Part shown: piece by piece, positions 17,588 through 26,618 of the stretch
How the letters are laid out: each line of letters starts with the position of its first letter
Position numbering within the stretch: the first letter of the stretch is position 1
NCBI RefSeq assembly: GCF_000146505.1
Contig: NC_017448.1
Location: 90,001 to 122,000, forward strand
Direction: 5' to 3'
DNA from: Fibrobacter succinogenes subsp. succinogenes S85
GTDB lineage: Bacteria > Fibrobacterota > Fibrobacteria > Fibrobacterales > Fibrobacteraceae
Length of the DNA stretch: 32,000 bases
Translations under genes and position numbers: made by a program
Notes under the pieces: generated by a model
What the model was told of the DNA's origin: nothing
Databases searched by the model: none
The model's input: the letters and a program-made list of their open reading frames with translations, nothing else

Positions 17588-19515
17588 TTACTCCTATGAA
17601 GAAGGTGACCATTCTTACGCTTGCAAGCCATAAGGAAGAAACCCTTAAGGCTCTGCGCGAAATGGAAATTATCCATTTGACTCCGCTCCAGAATGCCGTT
17701 GGTGCTTCTGTGAACGGTGCAAAGGGTGCTGTGGCCCGCGTGCAGAAGGCTATGGAAGTCGTTCCGGATAAGCTCCGCAAGGGTGTGACGCCTGCAGCGA
17801 AAGGTGCAAGCGGTGTAACGCTCGTCGAAGAAATCCAGACGCTCATTTCGGACAAGAAAAATGCCGAAATCCAGCTGGAACAAGCCAAGGAAGAACTTGA
17901 AAAGCTCCACGCTTTTGGAAATCTCGATCCGCGTACGGTCAAGGAACTTGTCGCAAAGGGCATTTTTGTCCGCCTTTATCTCGTCGATCTTTCCAAGGAT
18001 CCTTTTGAAGTCGAAGGCGATAACGCTTACAAGCATGTCTTTGGCAAGGATGAAAATGGCACGTACATTGCCGTGTTCACGAAGGGCGATGCTCCTGCAT
18101 CTGTGAAGGGTGCGTTTACGGAACTCGCCATGCCTCTCAAGTCGCTCGAAGAATATCGAATGATTGAAGAGGAATCGAACACGACGATTTCTGCTGTGGA
18201 TGAACGCTTTGCCCAGCTTGCTTCTGTGAAGGACGATCTCGAAGACCGCCTTTTGGAAGTGACGGACCGTTACAATCTCGTGGAAGCTTCTGCAAGCATG
18301 CTCCAGAACAAGGGTTTGGCAGCTCTCCAGGGATTCTGCCCGGAACCGCGCGTTGCTGAAATCAGTGCGGCTGCGAAGGCAAACGGCTGGGGCATCCGCG
18401 TTGAAGATCCGACGGACGAAGATAACATCCCGACGCTTCTCGGCTACAACAAGCTTTCGCGCCCGATGCAGTGCCTCTATGACATCATTGGCATCTCGCC
18501 GGGCTACAACGAAGTTGACGTGAGCTCTGTGTTCCTCTGCTTCTTTAGCCTTTTCTTTGCGATGATTGTGGGCGATATGGCTTATGGCCTTTTGTTCCTC
18601 GGTCTTGCGGTGTTTGCTCGCTCGAAAATGCCGAAGGCAAGTAGTGCCGGATTCCACTTTGTGTATTTGATGAGCTGGGCGACTATCATCTGGGGCGCCA
18701 TCAATGCAAACTTTCTTGGCCTTACGCCGGAACTTGCAGGGTGGAGCTACTACCTCGATATCGCTAACTACAACTTTATCCCGGAAGGCGTGCGCAACGT
18801 GCTCTACTGGATTCGCAGCTCTGCTCCGACGGATCCGACGCGCTTTGAAGCATACAGGCAGTTCTGCGAGACGTTTACGTTCTTGCCTGCTAGCTTTGTG
18901 CCGAAGGCTGCTGGAGCATCCCAGATGCAGCATATCCAGCTGTTCTGCTTCTGCATTGCCGTTGTGCATCTGAGCATTGCTCATGCGTGGAATGTCGTTG
19001 TGCGCTTCAAGCGCAAGTCTTCGACGTTCATGGCGCAGGTGGGCTGGCTCATGGGCGCTTGGGTCATGTTCTTCCTCGCATGCAACATGGTGCTTGGAAT
19101 CGACATGCCGAAGTTCGTCATCCCGATGTTCATCGTGGAAGTTGTGCTTCTCGTGCTCTTTACGGTGCCGCCTAGCCGCCTCAAGCAGGACTTCATCAGC
19201 ATCCCGATGCTCGTGCTCGACATCGTGAACAGCTTCACCGATGTCATCAGCTATATCCGTCTCTTTGCAGTGGGTATGTCTGGTGCAGCAATCGCCGAAG
19301 CGTTCAATGGAATGCTCTCGCCGCTGTTTGGCTCTGCCGTGGGTGTTGCCGGTGCAGCTCTAGTTCTTTTGGGCGTTCATGGCCTGAACATTGCACTTGC
19401 CGTGATGGGCGTTGCTGTGCATGCCGTACGTCTTAACACACTCGAATTTTCAAATGGACTTGGTCTTGAATGGAGCGGATTTGCATTCAGCCCCTTCGCC
19501 AAGCAAAAAAATTAA
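17584..19515 (+). CDS. atpI: V-type ATP synthase subunit I (a-subunit homologue)
   Basis: 643 aa. Soluble N-terminal half and multi-TM C-terminal half, with the conserved stator Arg context ISYIRLFAVGMSG. ATGA overlap with atpD. Confidence 0.9.
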   Translation: MITPMKKVTILTLASHKEETLKALREMEIIHLTPLQNAVGASVNGAKGAVARVQKAMEVVPDKLRKGVTPAAKGASGVTLVEEIQTLISDKKNAEIQLEQAKEELEKLHAFGNLDPRTVKELVAKGIFVRLYLVDLSKDPFEVEGDNAYKHVFGKDENGTYIAVFTKGDAPASVKGAFTELAMPLKSLEEYRMIEEESNTTISAVDERFAQLASVKDDLEDRLLEVTDRYNLVEASASMLQNKGLAALQGFCPEPRVAEISAAAKANGWGIRVEDPTDEDNIPTLLGYNKLSRPMQCLYDIIGISPGYNEVDVSSVFLCFFSLFFAMIVGDMAYGLLFLGLAVFARSKMPKASSAGFHFVYLMSWATIIWGAINANFLGLTPELAGWSYYLDIANYNFIPEGVRNVLYWIRSSAPTDPTRFEAYRQFCETFTFLPASFVPKAAGASQMQHIQLFCFCIAVVHLSIAHAWNVVVRFKRKSSTFMAQVGWLMGAWVMFFLACNMVLGIDMPKFVIPMFIVEVVLLVLFTVPPSRLKQDFISIPMLVLDIVNSFTDVISYIRLFAVGMSGAAIAEAFNGMLSPLFGSAVGVAGAALVLLGVHGLNIALAVMGVAVHAVRLNTLEFSNGLGLEWSGFAFSPFAKQKN

Positions 19516-19554
19516 ACCAAGGGTTAAATCCCGCTACTTAATGAGGATAATATA

Positions 19555-20010
19555 ATGGAACCGAATACAATGGTGACTCTCGCTAAAATGGGTGCTGCAG
19601 CTGCGCTTGGCATTGCGGCTATGGGCTCTGCCCTTGGTTGCGGAACGGCCGGTATGTCTGCTATCACGATGTGGAAGAAGGCTTACGCTCAGGGTAAGTC
19701 CGCTCTCTTCACGCTTCTCGTGTTCGTCGGTGCTCCGATTTCCCAGACGATTTACGGCATGTTGCTCATGAACTTCATCTTGAGCAAGGCTGCTGAACAG
19801 GGCTTTACGAATTGGGGCGGCTGCCTCGGTGCTGGTATCTTCGGTGGCCTCGGCATGATGGCTTCTGCTTGGTACCAGGGCAAGTCTGCTGCAGTGGCTT
19901 GCGATGCTCTCGGTGAAACCGGCAAGGGCATGGTGAACTACTTGATGGTTCTCGGTATCGTCGAAACCGTCGCTTTGTTCGTGCTCGTGTTCTCCATGAT
20001 GGTGCTTTAA
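19555..20010 (+). CDS. atpK: V-type ATP synthase subunit K (proteolipid), copy 1
   Basis: 151 aa, 4-TM double-hairpin proteolipid. Key residues: GAPISQTIYG, WYQGKS, and the TM4 carboxylate in IVETVAL. GAGGA RBS. Confidence 0.9.
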   Translation: MEPNTMVTLAKMGAAAALGIAAMGSALGCGTAGMSAITMWKKAYAQGKSALFTLLVFVGAPISQTIYGMLLMNFILSKAAEQGFTNWGGCLGAGIFGGLGMMASAWYQGKSAAVACDALGETGKGMVNYLMVLGIVETVALFVLVFSMMVL

Positions 20011-20028
20011 TCGAAAGAGGTAGCACTT

Positions 20029-20484
20029 ATGGATCAATCACAACTTTTAACGCTCGCAAAGCTCGGTGCGGTGGCGGCTCTTGGCCTTGCCGCAGTGGGC
20101 TCTGCGCTGGGCTGCGGGACTGCCGGCATGGCGGCCATCGGTGCCTGGAAAAAGGCGTATCTCAAGGGTAAGAACGCGCTCTTTACGCTGCTCATCTTCG
20201 TGGGTGCGCCGATTGCGCAGACGATTTACGGCATGCTCCTGATGATGTACATCTTGAACAAGTCTCAAGCTGCTCCGGGCAACTGGGCTGCTTACCTTGG
20301 TGTAGGCATCTTCGGTGGCATTGGCATGATGGCTAGCGCTTGGTATGTGGGCAAGTCCGCTGCTGACGCTTGCAACGCTCTTGGCGAAACGGGCAAGGGC
20401 CTCGTGAACTACTTGATGGTGCTCGGTGTTGGCGAAACGGTCGCACTGTTCGTCATGGTGTTCTCGATGATGCTTGTTTCGTAG
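20029..20484 (+). CDS. atpK: V-type ATP synthase subunit K (proteolipid), copy 2
   Basis: 151 aa, paralogue of copy 1. Key residues: GAPIAQTIYG, WYVGKS, and the TM4 carboxylate in VGETVAL. AAGAGG RBS. Confidence 0.9.
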   Translation: MDQSQLLTLAKLGAVAALGLAAVGSALGCGTAGMAAIGAWKKAYLKGKNALFTLLIFVGAPIAQTIYGMLLMMYILNKSQAAPGNWAAYLGVGIFGGIGMMASAWYVGKSAADACNALGETGKGLVNYLMVLGVGETVALFVMVFSMMLVS

Positions 20485-20522
20485 CGGAGCTACGAGCCTC
20501 GTAGTCGAATCTGAGACGAAAG

Positions 20523-20550
20523 AAGACTGCTTAGCGGCAGTCTTTTTTTG
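20523..20550 (+). terminator. Rho-independent terminator of the V-ATPase operon
   Basis: aagactgc (20523-20530) pairs with gcagtctt (20537-20544) around a 6-nt loop. The stem runs into a T-run through 20549. Confidence 0.8.
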
Positions 20551-20619
20551 TTGTTAATTGGAGCGCAAAATCGCTAATTTTATTTGTCATTTTCATATTT
20601 CTTTAAGTATATTAAAAGC

Positions 20620-21642
20620 ATGCAAAACGATATTATTAAAATTTCTCCGAGTATTCATGAGTTCCTCTTGACTCATGGTTATACTGAAAACTTTACTGTG
20701 ACTCCCATTGCCGGTGCAGGCTCTGGAAGGCGTTATTTCCGTATCGCTAGCGATGAACGTAAAAGCGTCTTGCAGGTAAGTGCCGAAGTGAATGAAGATT
20801 TCAAGCACTTTGTCGAGTATTCCAAGACGTTCAGGGAATACGGCTTGCCGGTTCCGCGCGTTTATTGCGTTGACGAAAATGCCTGCCAGGTGTTGCAAGA
20901 AGACTTGGGCAAACGCAGCCTCTTGGACGAAGCATTCCCGAATGGCACGAAGGTTCTTTCGGGCAGTGCGCGTATTCTGTACCCGGAAGTGATTGATGCG
21001 CTTATCCAGTGGCAGAATGCAAGCCATCAGCTGTTCAGCCATCACACCGAAATTTGGCTCCGCCGCTTTGACTTTGCCGCCCTCAAGTGGGAATCCGATT
21101 ACTTTACCGAGAATTACCTCAAGCTCCACAAGGGCATTACGGAGATTCCGGAATCGGTTCGCAATTTCTATTCGCTCGTGGCGGTCTCTGTCGAAGCTCA
21201 GACGAATGTCTTGATGCATCGCGATTTCCAGAGCCAGAACATCATGATCCGTCCGAATTCCGAAGTCGCATTTGTCGATTTCCAGGGCGCTCGTCGCGGT
21301 TCGATGTTCTATGATATCGCATCGCTCTTGTGGGACCCGTACGTGAGCTTGCCGCTTCCGATGATCAAGGACTTCTTTGAATATTGGCGCAGCCAGTACC
21401 GCGGTACAAGAATTTATACGAAGGACGATGCCTGGGAAGGCTTTGTACACGCTAGCTTGCAGCGCTTGATGCAGGCTCTCGGCGCTTACTGCTTCCTCTC
21501 CAAGGTGAAAAAGATTGAAAAGTTCGAACAGTACATTGAACCGGGCAAGGCTCAGCTCCGTGTGCTGTTTGGCGAATTCAAGCAGATTGCCAAGGCTACA
21601 GACCCTGAAGTGTTCAAGTTTATGGATTGGGCGCTGCAGTAA
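20620..21642 (+). CDS. Aminoglycoside-phosphotransferase-fold kinase, COG3178/AmgK-like (anomeric MurNAc/GlcNAc kinase family)
   Basis: N-terminal PIAGAGSGRRYFRI matches the family G-D-A-S-x-R-x-Y-F-R signature. The catalytic loop is HRDFQSQNIMI, followed by FVDFQGA. The start is at ATG 20620 (MQNDIIK); the track ORF begins at an upstream TTG. Confidence 0.75.
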   Translation: MQNDIIKISPSIHEFLLTHGYTENFTVTPIAGAGSGRRYFRIASDERKSVLQVSAEVNEDFKHFVEYSKTFREYGLPVPRVYCVDENACQVLQEDLGKRSLLDEAFPNGTKVLSGSARILYPEVIDALIQWQNASHQLFSHHTEIWLRRFDFAALKWESDYFTENYLKLHKGITEIPESVRNFYSLVAVSVEAQTNVLMHRDFQSQNIMIRPNSEVAFVDFQGARRGSMFYDIASLLWDPYVSLPLPMIKDFFEYWRSQYRGTRIYTKDDAWEGFVHASLQRLMQALGAYCFLSKVKKIEKFEQYIEPGKAQLRVLFGEFKQIAKATDPEVFKFMDWALQ

Positions 21643-22064
21643 TGGCTCTCATCTATACGCGTATTTACGCGCAGCCTGTGGAGTTCAATCGTGCTTTGGG
21701 TTACGCTTATGACGCGCTTGTGAAAGGTCCTTATCCGTTCGACGCAATGTCAACATGGAAAGGGCTTTCGGAGCGTGTCGCTCAGGGCATTTATATGGGG
21801 CAGGGGCTATTGCTCCCGCATACGCGCGTTTCTGGCTTGCAGGAGCCGTTGATGGCTTTTGTCGTCGCTCGTGAAGGCATTACGGGGATTAAAACTCGTA
21901 ATGACGAGAAGGCGCAATTTATGTGCGTGCTTCTCTCTCCGGCGGAATCGGCAATGGCGCATACGGTTACGATTGCGAATGTGGCAAAGCGCTTGCTTGA
22001 CCCCGAATGGAAAGAAAAAGTTCTCGTCGCCACCGACGAGGAAGAACTCAAAAAAATGTTTTAA
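21642..22064 (+). CDS. PTS EIIA type-2 (PtsN/EIIA-Ntr-like) domain protein
   Basis: The active-site context GQGLLLPHTRV resembles G-I-A-I-P-H. The C-terminal FMCVLLSPAESAMAHTVTIANVAKRLLD fits the family pattern. The start ATG overlaps the upstream stop (TAATG). Confidence 0.65.
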   Translation: MALIYTRIYAQPVEFNRALGYAYDALVKGPYPFDAMSTWKGLSERVAQGIYMGQGLLLPHTRVSGLQEPLMAFVVAREGITGIKTRNDEKAQFMCVLLSPAESAMAHTVTIANVAKRLLDPEWKEKVLVATDEEELKKMF

Positions 22065-22073
22065 GATTGAAAT

Positions 22074-22090
22074 GCCCGCTCAAGGCGGGC
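22074..22090. terminator. Hairpin between convergent genes (possible bidirectional terminator)
   Basis: gcccgc-tcaag-gcgggc. T-rich sequence follows after a short spacer on the + strand (ttgacaaatcttttt). Confidence 0.45.
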
Positions 22091-22103
22091 TTGACAAATC
22101 TTT

Positions 22104-23534
22104 TTACCATTGTACGCTACCGACGGCATAAGCGCGGTAGCCTTTAAAGTCTCCGAAGAATCTTGTGTAGCTTGTTCTAAAGCTGAACCATTCCCACGGA
22201 GTCAAGCTCAATGTAAATCCAAGTTCCTTGTAGCGAAGCGTTGTCTCTTCGTTCAGGAACTTTTTGTCCATGGCACTTTCGGGCGTGTGCAAGTCCCTGA
22301 TGTTCCCGCCGAAGGCGGTGTCTTTGGCGACAGCGCCAAAGAAGAGCGTAGCCTTGATGAAGTTGTATGTTGCGGTCACTTCGGTATGGACTTCTTGGCT
22401 GTTCGGGCCGAGGTCACTACCGAGGCTTTGGGCGTAGCTAGCGTACGTGTAGGCATTTCCTTTGTGGTGCGTGTAAACCCATGGTTCGATGCGCGTGTAT
22501 TCAAATATCCAGTTGAGATTCACAGGGCCAATTTCAAAGTTGTCGCGAGCAACGCCGAGCGTTGTGGCCCACTTGTTGCCCCACCAACTATCGTCAAACA
22601 TGCTTGTCGGGGATTTCATATCATCCCACAAAAGTTCAGCGTAAAATTCCCAATTCGGGAGAGTTTTCACGCTCAAGTCAAAAGCCAGTGAGATGTTGTC
22701 CTGATCGCCTTGCAAGTGTTCCTGAAAAACGTAAGGGATGAAGGGGAGAACGTAAGCCCATTCAAATTCGCGGCCCGTGCTATCGCTATCGGGGTTCGGA
22801 TTTGTACCAGCCGCTTCGGTGGTGGTGCCGTAAAGCGACGTTTCTGAAATGCCAAGTGTGATTTCTTTCGGGAGGTTCAACTTCAGGCGGTGCGCATGGA
22901 AATACTTGCCAAAGTTCTTCTTTTCGTAGAGTTTGGCGGCATACTGCGTGTATTCAATAGGGCCTAATGTGAACTGGTAACCAAAATAAGGAGTCGGGGC
23001 TGCATCGGGAATGCGGCTGGAGCTATCTTGCCATGGTCGGTAAAAATTGCGTTCTCCACGTAAAATCACGTGGTTACGGCGGGCGGGGCCCCATTCCAGA
23101 AAGTCAAATCCGGCGAGCAAATTAACGGGTTCAAGATTGTAGCTCACGTTTGCGGCGAAGAGGTCCCAAGTGCGTTTATGTTCGCTCTGCTTGTTGTAGG
23201 GGAGGCCTTCGTCGGGATTGTAGTAATTGAAATTGATGTAGCGGTTTGTGTAGTCCGTGTTGACTTTGACACGGGTATCAAACAGGAACGCGTCGGTGAA
23301 TTTGCCGCTTGCGAAAAGACGTACGGACATGGAATTGTCGTAATGTGTTTTCGCCTTGCTGAGATTCGTGATGGCGAGAGAATCCAGAAGTTGGACGTTG
23401 ATGTTCAACTCTTTGGTATGCGCCGAATCGGCAAAGGTAATGTGGTGTGGCATGTCGACCGGATGCGCCGAGCAGGCGAGTGCGGTTCCAAAGATAATGC
23501 TAAGGATAGACGAGGTCTTGTGCCACGATTGCAT
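22104..23534 (-). CDS. Outer-membrane beta-barrel protein, possibly capsule-assembly Wzi-like
   Basis: The start is at MQSWHKTSSILSIIFGTALACSA (signal peptide). The C-terminal residue is aromatic (...YAVGSVQW), and the sequence is aromatic/Gly-rich with alternating character. FLEWGPARRNHVILRG loosely resembles the Wzi WGPG motif. The start overlaps the upstream stop by 1 nt. Confidence 0.6.
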   Translation of the reverse strand: MQSWHKTSSILSIIFGTALACSAHPVDMPHHITFADSAHTKELNINVQLLDSLAITNLSKAKTHYDNSMSVRLFASGKFTDAFLFDTRVKVNTDYTNRYINFNYYNPDEGLPYNKQSEHKRTWDLFAANVSYNLEPVNLLAGFDFLEWGPARRNHVILRGERNFYRPWQDSSSRIPDAAPTPYFGYQFTLGPIEYTQYAAKLYEKKNFGKYFHAHRLKLNLPKEITLGISETSLYGTTTEAAGTNPNPDSDSTGREFEWAYVLPFIPYVFQEHLQGDQDNISLAFDLSVKTLPNWEFYAELLWDDMKSPTSMFDDSWWGNKWATTLGVARDNFEIGPVNLNWIFEYTRIEPWVYTHHKGNAYTYASYAQSLGSDLGPNSQEVHTEVTATYNFIKATLFFGAVAKDTAFGGNIRDLHTPESAMDKKFLNEETTLRYKELGFTLSLTPWEWFSFRTSYTRFFGDFKGYRAYAVGSVQW

Positions 23535-24253
23535 TACTTCACTTCCTTGTCTTTTTTCCAGATGCCGATGATGCTCTTGTTCTTGCGGAAGGCGAGCCAG
23601 AGGGTCGGCCAAATGAGGATGAGGTCGCGGATGAGGCTAGTCCAGGCTTCGGCCTTATCCTGAGCGCCTTCGAGTTCAAAGCAACCGCAAGTGATGCCGA
23701 GGTCATTCCACAGCGCCCAGGCGAGTGCGATGATGAAGCTTACGAACATCCAGAAAATCGCAAATGCAGATTCGCGGACGAACGGCGAGACAATCATGGC
23801 AAGCCCGAACCAGAATTCAAATTGCGGGTACACGAGCGCAAAGAAATTGTTCACGAAGTCGAGGTGCAATGCCGAGAAAAACTGGTACTGCGCAACGAGC
23901 GTTGCAAACTGATGCGGGTCCTGGATCTTGAAAATCGAGGCGAAAATGAACATGCCTCCAATGCCGATGCGGCAAAGCGTTTCAAGAGCGCGGATGGCAA
24001 AATCCTTTTGGATCTTGATGGCCGGGAAGATGAGCGCACAAGCGAGAACGATTGCGCCAACGCCAACGTGGATGTTGTAGCGGTATGCCTTCGGCCAAAT
24101 GTCGAGGAGCCATTCCTGGTCAGTGAATGTGAAAATCGTTTCGGGAAAGCTGATTTCGGCAACGCCGACGGTCACGAAGAATGTTGCGACGAGAAGGAGA
24201 ACGCCTGCGATAATGGTCTTCTTGAGATTTTGTTTTTCAAAACATGCAATCAT
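23534..24253 (-). CDS. MauE/DoxX-family redox-associated membrane protein
   Basis: 239 aa, multi-TM. It carries the family-typical CGCF motif (DLGITCGCFELEG) and RIGIGGMFIFASIFK. Confidence 0.7.
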   Translation of the reverse strand: MIACFEKQNLKKTIIAGVLLLVATFFVTVGVAEISFPETIFTFTDQEWLLDIWPKAYRYNIHVGVGAIVLACALIFPAIKIQKDFAIRALETLCRIGIGGMFIFASIFKIQDPHQFATLVAQYQFFSALHLDFVNNFFALVYPQFEFWFGLAMIVSPFVRESAFAIFWMFVSFIIALAWALWNDLGITCGCFELEGAQDKAEAWTSLIRDLILIWPTLWLAFRKNKSIIGIWKKDKEVK

Positions 24254-24262
24254 GGGAACTCC

Positions 24263-24466
24263 TTAAAGAATGTCTGCCGGCTTTTCGAGGACATCTTGAG
24301 TGCCAATCCAATCGACGGATTTGGCGTCATCGACGCGGATGTTGTTGATGATGGCAAGTGCGATGCTGAATGCGGCAATGCCGAGCAGGACAATCCAATT
24401 TAAGGATTTGAGGTAGACGAGAGCGTCTTGATAAATCTTCTGAATTCTTTCTTTCATGTTGTTCAA
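24263..24466 (-). CDS. Small single-pass membrane protein (67 aa), hypothetical
   Basis: One TM helix (WIVLLGIAAFSIALAII). It ends 9 nt upstream of the MauE-like gene and appears to be the first gene of the unit. Confidence 0.5.
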   Translation of the reverse strand: MNNMKERIQKIYQDALVYLKSLNWIVLLGIAAFSIALAIINNIRVDDAKSVDWIGTQDVLEKPADIL

Positions 24467-24471
24467 TATAC

Positions 24472-24497
24472 AAAAAAAGAACCCACCGTTTGGCGGG
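24472..24497 (-). terminator. Rho-independent terminator of metG
   Basis: Minus strand reads cccgcc-aaac-ggtggg (one G-U pair) followed by TTCTTTTTTT, 24 nt past the metG stop. Confidence 0.7.
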
Positions 24498-24520
24498 CTC
24501 TCTTTCGTTCTTTCTATTAA

Positions 24521-26593
24521 CTAGTGAATTCCAGCGCCGTCAGCGACGTCGCAGGTCACCGGCTTGCCGTTCACTTCGAGAGCGAGCGCGTCACAGAACA
24601 CGGCGCCACCCTTTGCGGTAAGGGCAATCTTTTCGAAGTCCTTGACCTTGAGCTCGCGCGGTTCGCTCGGGGTCACACCCTTGAACAAAGCGCGGTCACC
24701 CGGCTTTGCATTTTCCGGGACGCTTACGAGTCTGCACTTGTGCGTTTCCGGTTCGAGGTCGCCTGCAAAGAGCATACCCTGGCTCATGATGCCACGGAGG
24801 GCGCTCGGTTTCAAGTTTGCGAACAAGAGAATCTTGCGGTCCTGGAGTTCGTTTGCCTGGTAGCTGCTCTTGAGGCCGCTGCAAATCGTACGAAGTTCGC
24901 CTTCGCCTGCATCAACCTTGAGTACGTACAAGCTACTTGCATCCGGGTGGTCAGCAACTTCCTTAATTTGTGCAACACGGAGGTCCATAGCGGCCGGAAC
25001 GTCAGCTGCCATAAGCGGCTTGTTCTGCTTCGGCTTGGCCTGCTGCGGTTCTGCTTTCTTGACTTCTTCTTCGATACGCGGGAAGAGCGGCTTGCCTTCG
25101 CCGAACTTTTCGCCACCCTTGAGGATGCCCCACACGAGGTCGTTCTGGTCGGTGAACTTGCTACCGATCATGGCGAGACCTTCTTCGCTCTTGCCCGGGA
25201 TGACCGGCCAGAGCATGCTGAGCGAGAGACGCACGGCTTCGGCAGAAATGTAAAGCACTGTTGCGAGTTCGTCCTTCTTGGATTCGTCCTTGGCGAGCTT
25301 CCACGGAGCCTTGATTTCGAGGTAGCGGTTGATGCTGCGGACGAGCGTCATGATTTCTTCGACGACTTGGGAGAGCTTGACCTGCGGAACCCATTCCATC
25401 ACGTTTGTGCGGACGCGGTTTGCAATCGTAATCACTTCGTTGGCGGCATCGTCGAGAGCGTTCGGAGCCGGGAGAACGCCGCCGAAGTTCGTGAGTACCA
25501 AGCGGTGGACGCGGTTCAAGACGTTACCGAGGTCGTTAGCGAGGTCGCTGTTGATGCGGCGGACAAAGCCTTCGTGCGTGAAGTTCGCGTCCTGACCGAC
25601 AACCATTTCACGAGCGAGGAAGTAGCGGAAAGCGTCGATGCCGTACTTTTCCATGTAGTCCATCGGGTTCACAACGTTACCTGCGGACTTACTCATCTTT
25701 TCGCCACCATTTACGAGCCACCAGCCGTGGGCGAGGATGTGCTGCGGGAGCGGAATGTCGAGAGCCATGAGCATGGTCGGCCAATAGACGCTATGGGTCG
25801 TCAAAATGTCCTTACCGATGAGGTGGTAAGAGGCAGGCCAAATCGGCGTGCCGTCAGCATAAGTCTTGTGGAAGGCGGTGGAGGCGCTCACGTAGTTGAG
25901 GAGGGCGTCAAACCAGACGTAAGTCACGTAGTCCGGGTCGAACGGCAGCGGAATGCCCCAGCTGAGGCGGATCTTCGGACGGCTGATGCAGAGGTCGTTC
26001 AGCGGCTGGCGGAGAAATCCGCGGATTTCGTTCCAGCGGTAGTCCGGCACAATCCAGTCCTTGTGCGATTCGAGGTAGTCAATCAGCTTCTGCTGGTAGG
26101 CGCTCATCTTGAAGAAGTAGTTCTTTTCCTTGAGCCATTCCACCGGGCGGTGGCTGATCGGGTCGCACTTGTTTTCGTCGAGTTCGTCTTCGCTGAAGAA
26201 GCGTTCTTCGCCAACGGAGTACCAACCTTCGTATTCCTTCGAGTAAATTTCACCCTTGTCCCAGAGCTTTTGCAAGCATTCCTGCACGTAAGCCTTGTGT
26301 TCCGGCATCGTCGTGCGGATGAAGAAGTCGTTCTGGATGTTCATCTTCTTCCAGAGGTCTTCGAAGCGGTGGTAGTATTCGTCCACGTGTTCCTGCGGAG
26401 TCACGTTACGCTTGGCGGCGGCGCGCTGCACCTTCTGGCCGTGTTCGTCGGTACCGGTCAAGAAGAATGTCTGGTAGCCGATGATCTTGTGGAAGCGGGT
26501 AAGGATATCTGCGAGAACGGTCGTGTAGGAATGCCCGATATGCGGGGCATCATTGACGTAATAAATCGGAGTAGTGACGTAAAAATTTTTCAT
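24521..26593 (-). CDS. metG: Methionine--tRNA ligase with C-terminal tRNA-binding (EMAP/Trbp111-like) domain
   Basis: HIGH motif (APHIGHSYT) and KMSKS motif (EKMSKSAGNV) are present. The C-terminal domain contains DLRVAQIKEVADHPDASSLYVLKVDAGE. The start is at ATG 26593 (MKNFYVTTPIYY); the track ORF begins at a TTG 9 nt upstream. Confidence 0.95.
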   Translation of the reverse strand: MKNFYVTTPIYYVNDAPHIGHSYTTVLADILTRFHKIIGYQTFFLTGTDEHGQKVQRAAAKRNVTPQEHVDEYYHRFEDLWKKMNIQNDFFIRTTMPEHKAYVQECLQKLWDKGEIYSKEYEGWYSVGEERFFSEDELDENKCDPISHRPVEWLKEKNYFFKMSAYQQKLIDYLESHKDWIVPDYRWNEIRGFLRQPLNDLCISRPKIRLSWGIPLPFDPDYVTYVWFDALLNYVSASTAFHKTYADGTPIWPASYHLIGKDILTTHSVYWPTMLMALDIPLPQHILAHGWWLVNGGEKMSKSAGNVVNPMDYMEKYGIDAFRYFLAREMVVGQDANFTHEGFVRRINSDLANDLGNVLNRVHRLVLTNFGGVLPAPNALDDAANEVITIANRVRTNVMEWVPQVKLSQVVEEIMTLVRSINRYLEIKAPWKLAKDESKKDELATVLYISAEAVRLSLSMLWPVIPGKSEEGLAMIGSKFTDQNDLVWGILKGGEKFGEGKPLFPRIEEEVKKAEPQQAKPKQNKPLMAADVPAAMDLRVAQIKEVADHPDASSLYVLKVDAGEGELRTICSGLKSSYQANELQDRKILLFANLKPSALRGIMSQGMLFAGDLEPETHKCRLVSVPENAKPGDRALFKGVTPSEPRELKVKDFEKIALTAKGGAVFCDALALEVNGKPVTCDVADGAGIH

Positions 26594-26618
26594 GTCGCAC
26601 AATTTAGAAATTTTATCG

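Noticed and set aside
13899-18984. Long minus-strand ORFs (13899..15461, 15649..16260, 16426..16989, 17179..18984) across the V-ATPase operon
   Set aside because: All are antisense to confidently identified atpA, atpB, atpD and atpI. Their compositions (H/R/F-rich) are not protein-like.
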